A stretch of DNA of 64,000 nt from an uncultured cyanobacterium (GTDB lineage Bacteria > Cyanobacteriota > Cyanobacteriia > PCC-9006 > JAAUQQ01). The stretch's first letter is position 1; every line of letters begins with the position of its first letter. A program made the translations under genes and the position numbers. The notes beneath the pieces were generated by a model that saw only the letters and a list, made by a program, of their open reading frames with translations, was not told the origin of the DNA and did no database searches. Location of the stretch: the NCBI GenBank assembly GCA_963718615.1, contig OY970368.1, positions 1,760,001 to 1,824,000 on the forward strand. Direction: 5' to 3'. Shown here in pieces: positions 22,651-32,635 of this stretch.

Positions 22651-23709
22651 TTAATCAACACGCTCTAGCTGCCAGAGAATTTGATTTCCCTCACGGCGGA
22701 CACGGGAGACGACCCAATTGCGCCAGACCCATTGCTCTCCTCGACTGGTAACGGCGCTAGCGTTAACGTCCATTAAATCAGCAAGCTCAGAGCTGCTAAT
22801 CAAATAGCCTTTGTCGGCAATCTCGTCCGCCATATTGAGCGTGTCTACCATGTTACGAACCTGGGCAACACGAACCTCGCGTGGGAGATTACCGCTAGAC
22901 TCATGGGATTGTGAACTTTCGTGGTCCATGCTGTGCTCTGTAAGGCGATCTTCGGTATGAATTTCTGCGTTAAACGTCGCTTCTATCCATCCTAACGTGT
23001 CTTCTTGTGAATCGACGTGCTCCGTCACACTAAAACCTGAATTATCAGTGAATTTTGACGAAGATTCTGGCTTATTTGCCTTGATTTCCGATTTTTGGCC
23101 TGATCTCACCCCTGGGCTAGATGCTGTCTCATTCGAGGCCGTAGAAAGTAAGCTGGGCATGGCTGCGGGCGGTTCTGCAAGCTGGCACTGGGCGAGGCGA
23201 GGCGGACGTCCGGCGGCAAATCCGGTGGCGATCGCATCACACCGTTCATTACCGGGAACCCCTGCATGGCCTCGTACATGCTGCCAGGTCACCTGGGGAT
23301 GGTTGAGGGCATCAAGCGCTTGCCATAGGTCTTGATTGAGGACAGGTTTCCCCTGGGCCGTTTTCCAGCCTTTGCGCTTCCAGCCCTTGATCCACTGGGT
23401 AATACCTTTGAGCACATATTCACTATCAATATGCAGCGTCATCGGCTGCTGGGGAGGGGCGAGGTCTGGATGGGCGGTAATGTATTCGAGGGCGGCGATC
23501 GCCGCCTGCATTTCCATCCGATTATTGGTTGAGTTCGGTTCCGCCCCGCCCAGTTCCTGTACCTGCCCGTCGCTTAACTCAATGCGGGTCCCCCAGCCAC
23601 CGGGTCCGGGATTTCCCGAACAGGCACCATCGGTATAGATAGCCTTGATATAAACCGCAGAGGATAAATCGGCAACAGCGTTCGGACGGGATTGACGAGG
23701 CGTGGCCAT
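22651..23709 (-). CDS. rnhA: Ribonuclease HI with C-terminal extension
   Basis: [44 protein letters not shown]. Confidence 0.93.
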   Translation of the reverse strand: MATPRQSRPNAVADLSSAVYIKAIYTDGACSGNPGPGGWGTRIELSDGQVQELGGAEPNSTNNRMEMQAAIAALEYITAHPDLAPPQQPMTLHIDSEYVLKGITQWIKGWKRKGWKTAQGKPVLNQDLWQALDALNHPQVTWQHVRGHAGVPGNERCDAIATGFAAGRPPRLAQCQLAEPPAAMPSLLSTASNETASSPGVRSGQKSEIKANKPESSSKFTDNSGFSVTEHVDSQEDTLGWIEATFNAEIHTEDRLTEHSMDHESSQSHESSGNLPREVRVAQVRNMVDTLNMADEIADKGYLISSSELADLMDVNASAVTSRGEQWVWRNWVVSRVRREGNQILWQLERVD

Positions 23710-23903
23710 AGAACTTTCGCTTACGGGGTGAAAATACAGCCGAACTAGCCTAGCACTGTTGGGCTGGAGCATTTGCTGGGGCATTTGCTGAGGTTAGCCG
23801 CTGAAGCTTGCATTGGGGCCATATGATAGAGACACTGAGGTTTGACCGTTTTAAGCAACCCTTTTTTTAGCCGATTTTTAGCTTAACCATCTTTAGCTTA
23901 ACC

Positions 23904-25127
23904 ATGGATACCAAAGCCTTCAAGCGTGCGCTCAACCACTCCGATCGCTATAACCGCAAAGGATTTGGTCGAGCGGAAGAAATCTCTGGAAGCCTCGATC
24001 GGGCCTATCAAAGCGGTCTGATTCAAGAAATTCGCAATCAACAGTATTCCCTCCAGCGGGGAGATGTGACGATTCGGTTAGCGGAGTCCTTCGGCTTTTG
24101 TTGGGGCGTCGAGCGTGCTGTGGCCATGGCCTACGAAACTCGTCAGCATTTCCCTACGGAGCGGATTTGGATCACAAATGAAATCATCCACAACCCTTCG
24201 GTGAATCAGCACCTGCGAGAGATGGACGTGCAGTTTATCGAAGTAAACGGTGAAGAGAAGGACTTTTCCGAGGTAGGCCGGGGGGACGTGGTGATTTTGC
24301 CTGCCTTCGGTGCGAGTGTGCAGGAAATGAAGCTGCTGAATGATCTAGGCTGCAATATCGTAGATACGACTTGTCCCTGGGTTTCGAAGGTGTGGAACTC
24401 GGTGGAGAAGCACAAGCGAGCGGACTATACTTCGATTATTCATGGCAAATATAAGCATGAAGAAACCATCGCCACCAGCTCCTTTGCCGGAACCTATTTG
24501 GTGGTTCTGAATTTGACAGAAGCCCAGTATGTGGCGGATTACATTTTGCAGGGGGGCGATCGCGCAGCCTTCCTGGAAAAATTCAAAAACGCCTATTCCG
24601 AAGGGTTCGATCCCGATCGCGATCTGATCCGGGTGGGTGTAGCCAATCAAACCACAATGCTCAAGGGAGAAACGGAAGATATTGGCAAATTGTTTGAGCG
24701 GACGATGCTGAAAAAGTATGGCCCCACAGCGCTCAATCAGCATTTTATGGCGTTCAATACGATTTGCGATGCCACCCAAGAACGTCAGGATGCGATGTTT
24801 CAGTTGGTCGATGAACCGCTGGATTTAATTGTGGTGATCGGGGGCTATAACTCATCGAACACCACCCATTTACAAGAAATTGCCATTGAGCGGAGGATTG
24901 CCTCTTACCATATTGATTCAGGCGATCGCATCGGTCCCGGCAATCGGATTGAGCACAAGCCCTTGGATGGGGATTTAACGGTGGTTGAAAACTGGTTGCC
25001 CTCAGGCAAACTTGTAGTAGGTATTACCTCAGGGGCTTCGACGCCCGATAAGGTGGTTGAAACGGTGATCGAAAGGATTTTTGAGCTGAAGGGCGCGGTG
25101 GCGATCGCCCCTAGGTATTCAAGCTGA
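23904..25127 (+). CDS. ispH: 4-hydroxy-3-methylbut-2-enyl diphosphate reductase
   Basis: [37 protein letters not shown]. Confidence 0.97.
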   Translation: MDTKAFKRALNHSDRYNRKGFGRAEEISGSLDRAYQSGLIQEIRNQQYSLQRGDVTIRLAESFGFCWGVERAVAMAYETRQHFPTERIWITNEIIHNPSVNQHLREMDVQFIEVNGEEKDFSEVGRGDVVILPAFGASVQEMKLLNDLGCNIVDTTCPWVSKVWNSVEKHKRADYTSIIHGKYKHEETIATSSFAGTYLVVLNLTEAQYVADYILQGGDRAAFLEKFKNAYSEGFDPDRDLIRVGVANQTTMLKGETEDIGKLFERTMLKKYGPTALNQHFMAFNTICDATQERQDAMFQLVDEPLDLIVVIGGYNSSNTTHLQEIAIERRIASYHIDSGDRIGPGNRIEHKPLDGDLTVVENWLPSGKLVVGITSGASTPDKVVETVIERIFELKGAVAIAPRYSS

Positions 25128-25266
25128 GACGCGGCTGCCTCAGGAGAGATTCTGTCCTCAGAGGCTTGCCAAGATACAAATAATTAAGAATTATGTAGGC
25201 AGGATCAAAGTAGGATCAGTCAGCAATTAGGACCGAAGCCCACCTCTACCCCCCTTGGAGTCGCCC

Positions 25267-26739
25267 ATGTACATCGTGCAAATCGCTTCGGAATGCGCCC
25301 CTGTGATTAAGGCGGGCGGTCTCGGAGATGTGGTCTATGGCCTCAGTCAAGAACTGGAAGCCCAAGGCCACTGCGTCGAGCTGATTTTGCCGAAGTACGA
25401 TTGCATGCGCTACGACCATATTTGGGGCATGCACGATGCCTACAAAGACCTTTGGGTGCCCTGGAATGGCGGTTCGGTGCATACCTCTGTCTATTGTGGC
25501 TGGGTGCATGGTCGGGTTTGTTTCTTTATTGAACCCCACTCGGATAATCGCTATTTCGATCGCGGCTGCTATTACGGTGAATTCGATGACCAAATGCGCT
25601 TTGCCTTCTTTAGCAAAGCGGCCCTAGAATTTTTGCTCCAAAGCAACAAGCGCCCTGACATCATCCACTGCCACGATTGGCAAACGGGTCTTATTCCCGT
25701 CATGCTCTATGAGATGTATCAGTACTACGGCATGGATCGGCAGCGGGTGTGCTACACGATTCACAACTTTAAGCACCAGGGCATTGGTCAGCTCGATATT
25801 CTCCAAGCCACGGGGCTCAATCGTCCTGATTACTACTATCAGTTTGAGCGGCTGCGGGATAATAGCGGCAGCGCCATCAACTTTATGAAGGGTGGCATTG
25901 TCTACGCGAACTATGTGAATACGGTCTCGCCGCACCACGCCTGGGAAGCCCGGTTTAGTGATGTGGGCTGCGGCCTCCAAGGGGTGCTAGATTTCCACCA
26001 GGCTAAATTCGGCGGCATCCTCAATGGCATTAGCTACGATTTTTGGGATCCGGAGAGCGATCGCTACATCCCCCACCACTACAGCAAGAGCGACCTCACG
26101 GGCAAAGAGGACAACAAAAAGGCTTTGCGCGATCGCCTCACGATGCGTCAGGTGGATAAACCCTTGGTTTGTTTTATCGGTCGCCTCGACCAGCAAAAGG
26201 GCGTTCACCTGGTCCACCACGCCATCTACTATGCCCTCAACCAACGGGCGCAATTTGTCATGCTGGGCTCGGCAACGGAACAAACGATTAATGACCAGTT
26301 CTGGCGCGAAAAGAATCATCTCAATAACAATCCCGATGCCCACCTCGAAATTGGCTACAACGAGGAGTTAGCGCATCTGATCTATGCAGCGGCAGATATT
26401 ATCGTGGTTCCCAGCAATTACGAGCCCTGCGGTCTGACCCAGGTGATTTCGATGAAATACGGCACTGTGCCGGTGGTGCGCGGTGTGGGCGGTTTGCTGA
26501 ATACGGTGTTCGATTGGGATTATGACGAAACCCATCCCCTGGAAGAACGTAATGGCTTTGTCTTCTATCAGCAGGACTTTAAGGCGCTAGAGTCGGCCAT
26601 GAGTCGGGCGATCGGGCTTTGGTATGGCGATCGCGAAACCTTCCAGCAGCTCCAAAGCCAAGGCATGGAGTATGACTATTCCTGGAAAGAACCTGCCGAA
26701 AAATACAATGGCGTCTACGAATTTATTCGAGCCAAATAA
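25267..26739 (+). CDS. glgA: Glycogen synthase
   Basis: K.GGLGDV, HCHDWQTG, TIHN, GRL..QKG, PS.YEPCGL.Q. Confidence 0.96.
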   Translation: MYIVQIASECAPVIKAGGLGDVVYGLSQELEAQGHCVELILPKYDCMRYDHIWGMHDAYKDLWVPWNGGSVHTSVYCGWVHGRVCFFIEPHSDNRYFDRGCYYGEFDDQMRFAFFSKAALEFLLQSNKRPDIIHCHDWQTGLIPVMLYEMYQYYGMDRQRVCYTIHNFKHQGIGQLDILQATGLNRPDYYYQFERLRDNSGSAINFMKGGIVYANYVNTVSPHHAWEARFSDVGCGLQGVLDFHQAKFGGILNGISYDFWDPESDRYIPHHYSKSDLTGKEDNKKALRDRLTMRQVDKPLVCFIGRLDQQKGVHLVHHAIYYALNQRAQFVMLGSATEQTINDQFWREKNHLNNNPDAHLEIGYNEELAHLIYAAADIIVVPSNYEPCGLTQVISMKYGTVPVVRGVGGLLNTVFDWDYDETHPLEERNGFVFYQQDFKALESAMSRAIGLWYGDRETFQQLQSQGMEYDYSWKEPAEKYNGVYEFIRAK

Positions 26740-26804
26740 GCCCACTCGTACCCTAGGGACAGAACATTCCTGCCCCTAGGGACTGTCCTTTAACTTTTTG
26801 GGAC

Positions 26805-27500
26805 TCATGTGTTCCAATTCGCAGGCAACTGAGCAATCTCATCCAGCAAAAAATTAGGGTACACCCAAATATGGGATTTTCGATAAAGATTGCTGAGTAA
26901 TGGCTTCAACTGCCCCGTTTTATCCCAAGGTTGTAAATCTGAGTCCAGTTCACAAAATCCCGTCCAGCCCAATTCCGCGTTTAGTGCTTCTGCTTGGACC
27001 AAGATAGCTGATAAAATTGCCAAATCATAAGGCTTAAGCAATACATCAAGAGAGCCTAGTTCAACCTGTCGCTCTAGCATTTGTTCTGATAACGGAAAGA
27101 TATGCAGACCAGGATTGTGGAATAACGCTTTTAGCTTGCTAGAGACTTTGGTCAGTTCGTGGGCAACTAAGCCATCAAATTTTTCAAAAACCCGAAACGC
27201 AGCTTCAGCATCAACGGTGCTAATCTGCGCAGTTTCTCGCGCCCAGCGAACGAACTTACGAAAATCCTCAGAGCGAGACCGGGGAGTAAACCGCCGGGGA
27301 ACCGTTTCTCGGGCTTCAGCTAAACAAATGGCAGGAACATACAAAGCAAACTCTCCTCCATTTGCCTGCTCCAAAAGTTGCAATGCTTGTGGACTTTGCA
27401 AATGGGCTGGAGCAATAATATCGACAACCCAATTTGTCTCAACAAAAACAGCCTTGGGTTTCACGGGGCACATGGGTTTCACGGAGCAACAGGACTCCAT
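26805..27500 (-). CDS. PIN-like domain protein
   Basis: VFVETNW...P.ICLAEA...YDLAIL...CELD.D acidic-residue pattern. Confidence 0.55.
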   Translation of the reverse strand: MESCCSVKPMCPVKPKAVFVETNWVVDIIAPAHLQSPQALQLLEQANGGEFALYVPAICLAEARETVPRRFTPRSRSEDFRKFVRWARETAQISTVDAEAAFRVFEKFDGLVAHELTKVSSKLKALFHNPGLHIFPLSEQMLERQVELGSLDVLLKPYDLAILSAILVQAEALNAELGWTGFCELDSDLQPWDKTGQLKPLLSNLYRKSHIWVYPNFLLDEIAQLPANWNT

Positions 27501-27946
27501 CGAGGATGGGTGACTAAAATTTCACCCAACCGCAATAATCCCAATACCGTTCCACCCAGCAGTTCACCCCAAGCATCCGGTAGTGATTCTGGGTCCGTAA
27601 ATAGTTTGAGGCTTTCTAGCCATTGCTGGACCCGAACCTCGAATTCGGCATAGGATTCCTGGCGATTAGGACGCTCTAAAGCGGTGAGCAATTCATGGGG
27701 TAAGCGGGCTTCTCCCATTTTTTGAATAGAAGCTCCATTAACAGATTCTAAAGAATCGCGCAGCAAAATGATTCGGGCTCCTGTGATTAACAACCCAGTT
27801 GAGCAGCCCATTGCCACCATTGCATGCGTTAGCTGTGCTATTCCAGTGCGAACTTGAGATTTACTATCGTTGAGCTTGATTTCAACAAGCATTAAATACT
27901 CGCCGTCTGGACTGACTAAAACAATATCGGGCTGGGATGAGATCAT
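27479..27946 (-). CDS. PD-(D/E)xK nuclease-fold hypothetical protein
   Basis: PDIVL...LVEIK...QL motif. Confidence 0.5.
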   Translation of the reverse strand: MISSQPDIVLVSPDGEYLMLVEIKLNDSKSQVRTGIAQLTHAMVAMGCSTGLLITGARIILLRDSLESVNGASIQKMGEARLPHELLTALERPNRQESYAEFEVRVQQWLESLKLFTDPESLPDAWGELLGGTVLGLLRLGEILVTHPRWSPVAP

Positions 27947-28021
27947 CGAAACCTCCGGGAAACCCCTTGCTTCAGGTAGGGGAGGATGTCAACATAAAAA
28001 TCATGATAGCTATTGGAGCAA

Positions 28022-29494
28022 TTATCGCGCTTCCCAAAAGCGGATGGTGCGGTCTTCGCTGGCGCTGATCAGCTGGGAGCCTGGTCCATTAAATACAAGC
28101 CCCGTTACCGTGGAATCATGACCCGGCAAAACTCCTAGGAGTTCGCCCGTGTGGTAGTCCCAGAGGCGAATATCGGAGTCGTCGCCGCCTGCGGCGAGGG
28201 TGCGGCGATCGCTACTAAAGGCGATCGCCTTCACCGGCCCCTTCAATCCCAACAGCCGCCGATGGTAGCTGCCATCGCGAAACGACCAAAGCTTAATACT
28301 CCCATCACTGCCCCCTGCGGCCAGGAAAGCACTATCCGGGCTAATTTGCAGCAGCGGATCTCCTAAGGTGCTGTCCTCAAACTCGATCAGCGCCTTTCCG
28401 GTCTGGGCATACCAGAGCTTCAAGGGTTCATCCAAAATTCCCGTCACTAAAGTCTTGCCATCTCGACTCAGCGCCAGGGAGCCAATGCCGCTGCTGCCGG
28501 GGGACCATTGCTGCACAATGCGACCCGTCGCGAGATTCCATCGTCGAATCGTGCCATCTGCGCCACCGCTGACCAAGCTTGCCCCATCTCCGCTAAACGC
28601 CAGACCTCGAACAGGCCGTTCTTCATGTCCCAACAGCGTTGCTAAAAGCTGGACCTTGGGCAAACTCCACAGCTCAATCACCCCCTCCCGGCTCCCGGTG
28701 GCAAACCGACGCTGGGATGGACCGAGGGCCAACGTGAGGATGGGGCCATGGCGGCTGCGCAGGTGGTCCAATACCCGGCCCGTAGACAGGCTCCAGCGCA
28801 GCAACGTGTGGTCAGCACAGGCGGTTAACAAGGTGCGACTGTCCGTGGAAAGGGCGATCGCCGTCACGCCACTCTCAAGCTTGTCCCAGGTTTCGACCCA
28901 TTGCCAAGTGACCGTCGAACTCGGCGGGGCATAGTAGACTGGCGAGGTCTTGGGCGGTTGCTGCCGTTCAGAGCGCGGGAAATCTGGGGCGGGACGAGGG
29001 GGCGGTGGGTTGGGAGATGGGTTAGAAAATGGGTTGGGAGATGGGTTAGAGGATGGCCTGGGAGAGTCCCTGGAAGATTCCCTGGGCGGCTGATAATACC
29101 GATAGGGCGATCGCGGCGGGGTTCTAGGGCCTGGGGGGGGTGGTGGATTGGTGGATTGGCGAGTTGATGGACGAGAGGTGGCGCTAGGCGTTTTAGGGGT
29201 CTTCGGGGTTGAGGGAGCAGCCGGAGCAGGGCTCGGCGAAGCTGGCGCGGACGGAGCCTGGGGATGGGCCTTGGGAGGATAGATCTTGGGAGGATGGGCT
29301 TTGAGATATTCGTAGGCCGCATTAATGCGCTTAAAGGCTTCCTCCGCCTGGGCCTTTTCAGTCGAATCCGTGAAGCGATCCGGATGCCAAGTGCGCGCTA
29401 AACGCCGATAGGCCCGCTTGATCTCATCTGGGGTGGCATCGAACGCGAGGCCAAGAATTTGATACGAGTCTTTCCGGGAGTCGTGGGGCATCAA
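28022..29494 (-). CDS. DnaJ J-domain / Pro-rich linker / WD40 repeat protein
   Basis: J-domain with HPD motif, then about 7 WD40 repeats (GH...V..L.F...S.DRTIRFW). Confidence 0.92.
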   Translation of the reverse strand: MMPHDSRKDSYQILGLAFDATPDEIKRAYRRLARTWHPDRFTDSTEKAQAEEAFKRINAAYEYLKAHPPKIYPPKAHPQAPSAPASPSPAPAAPSTPKTPKTPSATSRPSTRQSTNPPPPPGPRTPPRSPYRYYQPPRESSRDSPRPSSNPSPNPFSNPSPNPPPPRPAPDFPRSERQQPPKTSPVYYAPPSSTVTWQWVETWDKLESGVTAIALSTDSRTLLTACADHTLLRWSLSTGRVLDHLRSRHGPILTLALGPSQRRFATGSREGVIELWSLPKVQLLATLLGHEERPVRGLAFSGDGASLVSGGADGTIRRWNLATGRIVQQWSPGSSGIGSLALSRDGKTLVTGILDEPLKLWYAQTGKALIEFEDSTLGDPLLQISPDSAFLAAGGSDGSIKLWSFRDGSYHRRLLGLKGPVKAIAFSSDRRTLAAGGDDSDIRLWDYHTGELLGVLPGHDSTVTGLVFNGPGSQLISASEDRTIRFWEAR

Positions 29495-29778
29495 GAACGG
29501 CGGATCGCAAACCGATTGGGGGACGGATTCATCAACGGATTGAGCAACAGATTTATCAACGGATGCATAGATGGAACATCGACAGCCTAGGGGCCATCAT
29601 TAGCCTCATCCCATAGCTTCATCATACGGTTCTAGCGCCCACTCCCATGCGATCGCCTCCCCCAGTGACTTTCCCCGTGACGTCCCCAGCGACTTTCCCA
29701 GCGCCCGAGCGGGGCCATGCCCCGACACACAACGTTGACCGAGACCGCTAAGATTTTATACAGGCTGTAAGGTTTTTT

Positions 29779-31443
29779 ATGGGTTTGTGTATGTTTCCTC
29801 CTGCCTTGACCCTGGCGAAACGCGCTACGGGAATTTCGATTGCGATCGCGACCGTTCTCTTACCGAGCAGTCTCTCAACCCCTTCAGTCGCTGAAGCTCC
29901 CCTTAACCCGACGATGAAAGTCGGGATCATCCAACGGTTTGGCGCAGAGCCCCAGGACAAAATTGAGATCACAGCAGCACCGGGTGAAATGCTGTCTGTG
30001 CGGATGTTTTATGAAGGGAAGGATGAAACCATCCAAACCAACAAGCTCACCCTGGACACCCAGCCCCGGACCCTGCAGGCCCCCCAATTACAAGAACGTT
30101 TGGTCCTCAGCACCCATCGCAGTTTTGAGAGCGCCGAAGACAGTGCTAACCAATGGCGTGCCCGAGGGATCGAGGTGGAAATCGCCCATCCTGAGCGTTG
30201 GGAAGTCTGGGCCAACCGGGAGGTTTACGATACGCCGGTTATCCGCCGCATTTTCCTGGAGAACCTGAAGCAAGAAGGCTTTACTCTGCCCTATCTCGAC
30301 AGCAAAGTCCTGGAGGTTGTCCCGCAAGCGGGGGTTGTGGCCAATTATTTTCGCTATAACCGCAACGAGGTCGAGATTAGCGGAGGTCGGACGATCATCG
30401 TCAACAAAGTGCCCTTCCCCGGTAAACTACGGCTTCAGCCCAATGCCTACGGAACCTATACCCTCGTCAACAACGTCACGATTGAGGATTACCTGCGTGG
30501 CGTTGTTCCCCACGAGATTGGGGCTGACGCCCCTGCCGCTGCCGCTGAGGCCCAGACAGTCCTGGCGCGGACCTATGCCCTGCGCAATCTGCGGCGATTT
30601 ACCATCGATCACTACGAGCTTTGTGCCACGACCCAGTGCCAGGTATATTTTGGCTGGAAGGATACGGTGCCCGAGGCGGATCGGGCGATCGCCAACACCC
30701 GTGGCCTGGTCCTCACCTATAACAACGAGCTGATCGACGCAGTCTATTCCTCCACAACCGGCGGCGTCACCGCTGCCTTCACCGATGTTTGGAACGGTGC
30801 CCCCCGCCCTTACCTCCAGCCCGTGGTGGATTCCGTGGCGGGCACCTGGAACCTGGGGCAAAAAAGCCTCGACAATGAGCAGAATTTTCGCGAGTTCATT
30901 AATACAAAGCAGGGGTTTAACGAAGTCGGTTGGTACTATTTTCGCTGGAGCAATGAGGCAAATCTCAAGAAACTCAACCTGGATCTGAAAAAATATTTAG
31001 AAAGCAAGCAGCATCCCCTGGCGCAGTTTCAAACGATTCAATCCATGCAGGTCACCGCTCGGGCCAAGGGAGGCCGAATTCAAAAGCTGCAAGTCGTGAC
31101 CGATCAGGGGGAAATCATCCTTGAAAAAGACGAGGTCATCCGTGCCTTCGAGGCCCCCAATAGCTTGCTTTGCTATCTCGATCCCCTTTACGAAACCAAT
31201 CCGAAAACTAACCAGAAAACCCTGAAGGGCTATCGCTTTACCGGCGGCGGCCTCGGCCATGGTGTCGGTCTCAGCCAGACGGGCTCCTACAAACTGGCGC
31301 AATTGGGCTGGGATAAGAGCCGGATTTTGAATTTTTACTATCCCAACACCCAGCTCCTCCCGCTTCAGCCCTCGATTACCTATTGGCGGGAGCCCCATGC
31401 AGCGCTCAAGGAGGCGGCCAATCCAACCCCGATCACCCCTTAA
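29779..31443 (+). CDS. SpoIID/LytB domain protein (amidase enhancer / lytic transglycosylase)
   Basis: EDYLRGVVPHEIG, AQTVLARTYA, TTQCQVY, GGG.GHGVGLSQ.G. Confidence 0.92.
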   Translation: MGLCMFPPALTLAKRATGISIAIATVLLPSSLSTPSVAEAPLNPTMKVGIIQRFGAEPQDKIEITAAPGEMLSVRMFYEGKDETIQTNKLTLDTQPRTLQAPQLQERLVLSTHRSFESAEDSANQWRARGIEVEIAHPERWEVWANREVYDTPVIRRIFLENLKQEGFTLPYLDSKVLEVVPQAGVVANYFRYNRNEVEISGGRTIIVNKVPFPGKLRLQPNAYGTYTLVNNVTIEDYLRGVVPHEIGADAPAAAAEAQTVLARTYALRNLRRFTIDHYELCATTQCQVYFGWKDTVPEADRAIANTRGLVLTYNNELIDAVYSSTTGGVTAAFTDVWNGAPRPYLQPVVDSVAGTWNLGQKSLDNEQNFREFINTKQGFNEVGWYYFRWSNEANLKKLNLDLKKYLESKQHPLAQFQTIQSMQVTARAKGGRIQKLQVVTDQGEIILEKDEVIRAFEAPNSLLCYLDPLYETNPKTNQKTLKGYRFTGGGLGHGVGLSQTGSYKLAQLGWDKSRILNFYYPNTQLLPLQPSITYWREPHAALKEAANPTPITP

Positions 31444-31495
31444 ACCCTGCTCGGAAGTCTGCTTGGCGAAAAACAGATCCCAAAACCGGCATTTG

Positions 31496-31509
31496 TTGAC
31501 TTATCCTCT
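31496..31509 (+). other. Left junction (attL): host ttgact + core TA + element tcctct
   Basis: ttgactTA is identical to 48658-48665; TAtcctct(aa) is the reverse complement of 48706-48713 and 48825-48834. Confidence 0.8.
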
Positions 31510-31516
31510 AAGGACT

Positions 31517-32179
31517 TCATTCAAGCACAGCGATCGCCGCTGCCCGCTGTCCCTCATCTACCTCAATATAGCGAGTCAGGGAAGAGAGAGAACGGTGACC
31601 CGTGATGGAGCGGATCACCGGCACGCTCAATCCAGCGCGAGACATTTCGGTGATGCTTCCCCGGCGGGTTGAGTGAGTTGAGTAGCCCCGGTTATGTAAA
31701 TCGACCCGCTTGAGGGCGCGGCGCAATGCCCGATCGGCGGCGCGAAGCGTCAGGGGTTGACCCGGTGAAACTAGCGAGGGAAACAGCCATCCTTCCTTAA
31801 TAACGGAAATCCCGATTTTTCGATAACAAGACTCTAGCGCCGGTCGATAGACTTTCAACTCTTGAGCAAGGGCGCGGGACACGGGAACGTCACGGGTTGC
31901 TCTGTCTTTACGGATGTTGGCAGGAATGGTGATAGAGCGGCGCGGCTTGCCCTCGGAGTCATAGCAATCGCCCACACGGAGCTGAAGCAGCGCGCCCCAT
32001 CGCTCGGTTGTGTGCCAAGCAATCGCGAACAGCATTCTATGGCTGTCCGTTATGAAGGCATCGCGAGTCTTTCTAAAAGTTTCTTTGTCGAATGGGGTTG
32101 CTTGCCCAAATCTATTTTGCTTAGCCACTACCTTTAACGTTCCGGTTTCATTTCCTGACAGCGTCTTTGCAGAACACAA
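31517..32179 (-). CDS. Small tyrosine recombinase (catalytic domain only)
   Basis: R (TTERWG), K (IRKD), HSTRR, GHRSL..L.RY catalytic residues present; likely GTG start at 32128. Confidence 0.9.
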   Translation of the reverse strand: MCSAKTLSGNETGTLKVVAKQNRFGQATPFDKETFRKTRDAFITDSHRMLFAIAWHTTERWGALLQLRVGDCYDSEGKPRRSITIPANIRKDRATRDVPVSRALAQELKVYRPALESCYRKIGISVIKEGWLFPSLVSPGQPLTLRAADRALRRALKRVDLHNRGYSTHSTRRGSITEMSRAGLSVPVIRSITGHRSLSSLTRYIEVDEGQRAAAIAVLE

Positions 32180-32332
32180 CCCTTTTTCTCTCGCTGCCAG
32201 GATAGCCGAAAGCCTTATAAATTGGGCACTGTGGGATTACGTAAGCCGTTCTGCTTTTAGATAAAAGAGGGCAATTTGCAGCAGAGAAATTGATAGCTAC
32301 GCTCGGTTTATTCGCATTCCGAGGAAGTACCC

Positions 32333-32635
32333 ATGACGGCCATTGCAAAGCTAAACATCCCCGACGGCTGCAACAGCGTCGAAAAAATCGCCGCTTGGGC
32401 GATCCTGACCCTGGTACGGCACAACCCGACGATGCGCGTGCTTGAGATTGACGACGAGACCCCGGTTCGAGTGGTGAGTTCGTCAGTTCTGGAGGCCGCA
32501 GGCGGGACTACTCGGCTGTTAGGCCGGGTGAGCCTGGAACTAAATGCAGGCTATGACATCAGCACCCTCCCGCTCTGGGAAGAGGTGAAAGACCTATCAA
32601 ACACGACCCTTAACGCTGGATACTTCAAGCCCTAA
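32333..32635 (+). CDS. Hypothetical protein, first gene of the putative virion operon
   Basis: RBS gagga; stop overlaps the next start (taatg). Confidence 0.75.
   Translation: MTAIAKLNIPDGCNSVEKIAAWAILTLVRHNPTMRVLEIDDETPVRVVSSSVLEAAGGTTRLLGRVSLELNAGYDISTLPLWEEVKDLSNTTLNAGYFKP

Noticed and set aside
31485-31492. accggcat matching RNA 48665-48672 as an extra guide
   Set aside because: In the RNA it overlaps the scaffold stem (ggcatc, cf. agcatc in module 2) and its order relative to the core is inverted, so it is probably chance, though not excluded.
31494-31497. TGTT (also at 50027-50030) as the att core or target duplication
   Set aside because: All guide matches converge on TA at 31502-03 and 50025-26; TGTT would split the matched half-sites and is explained by the target's quasi-symmetry.
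31444-31516. tRNA or tmRNA as the integration target
   Set aside because: No cloverleaf, T-loop motif or duplicated 3' end is visible at either boundary; I recognised no tRNA or rRNA genes in the window.
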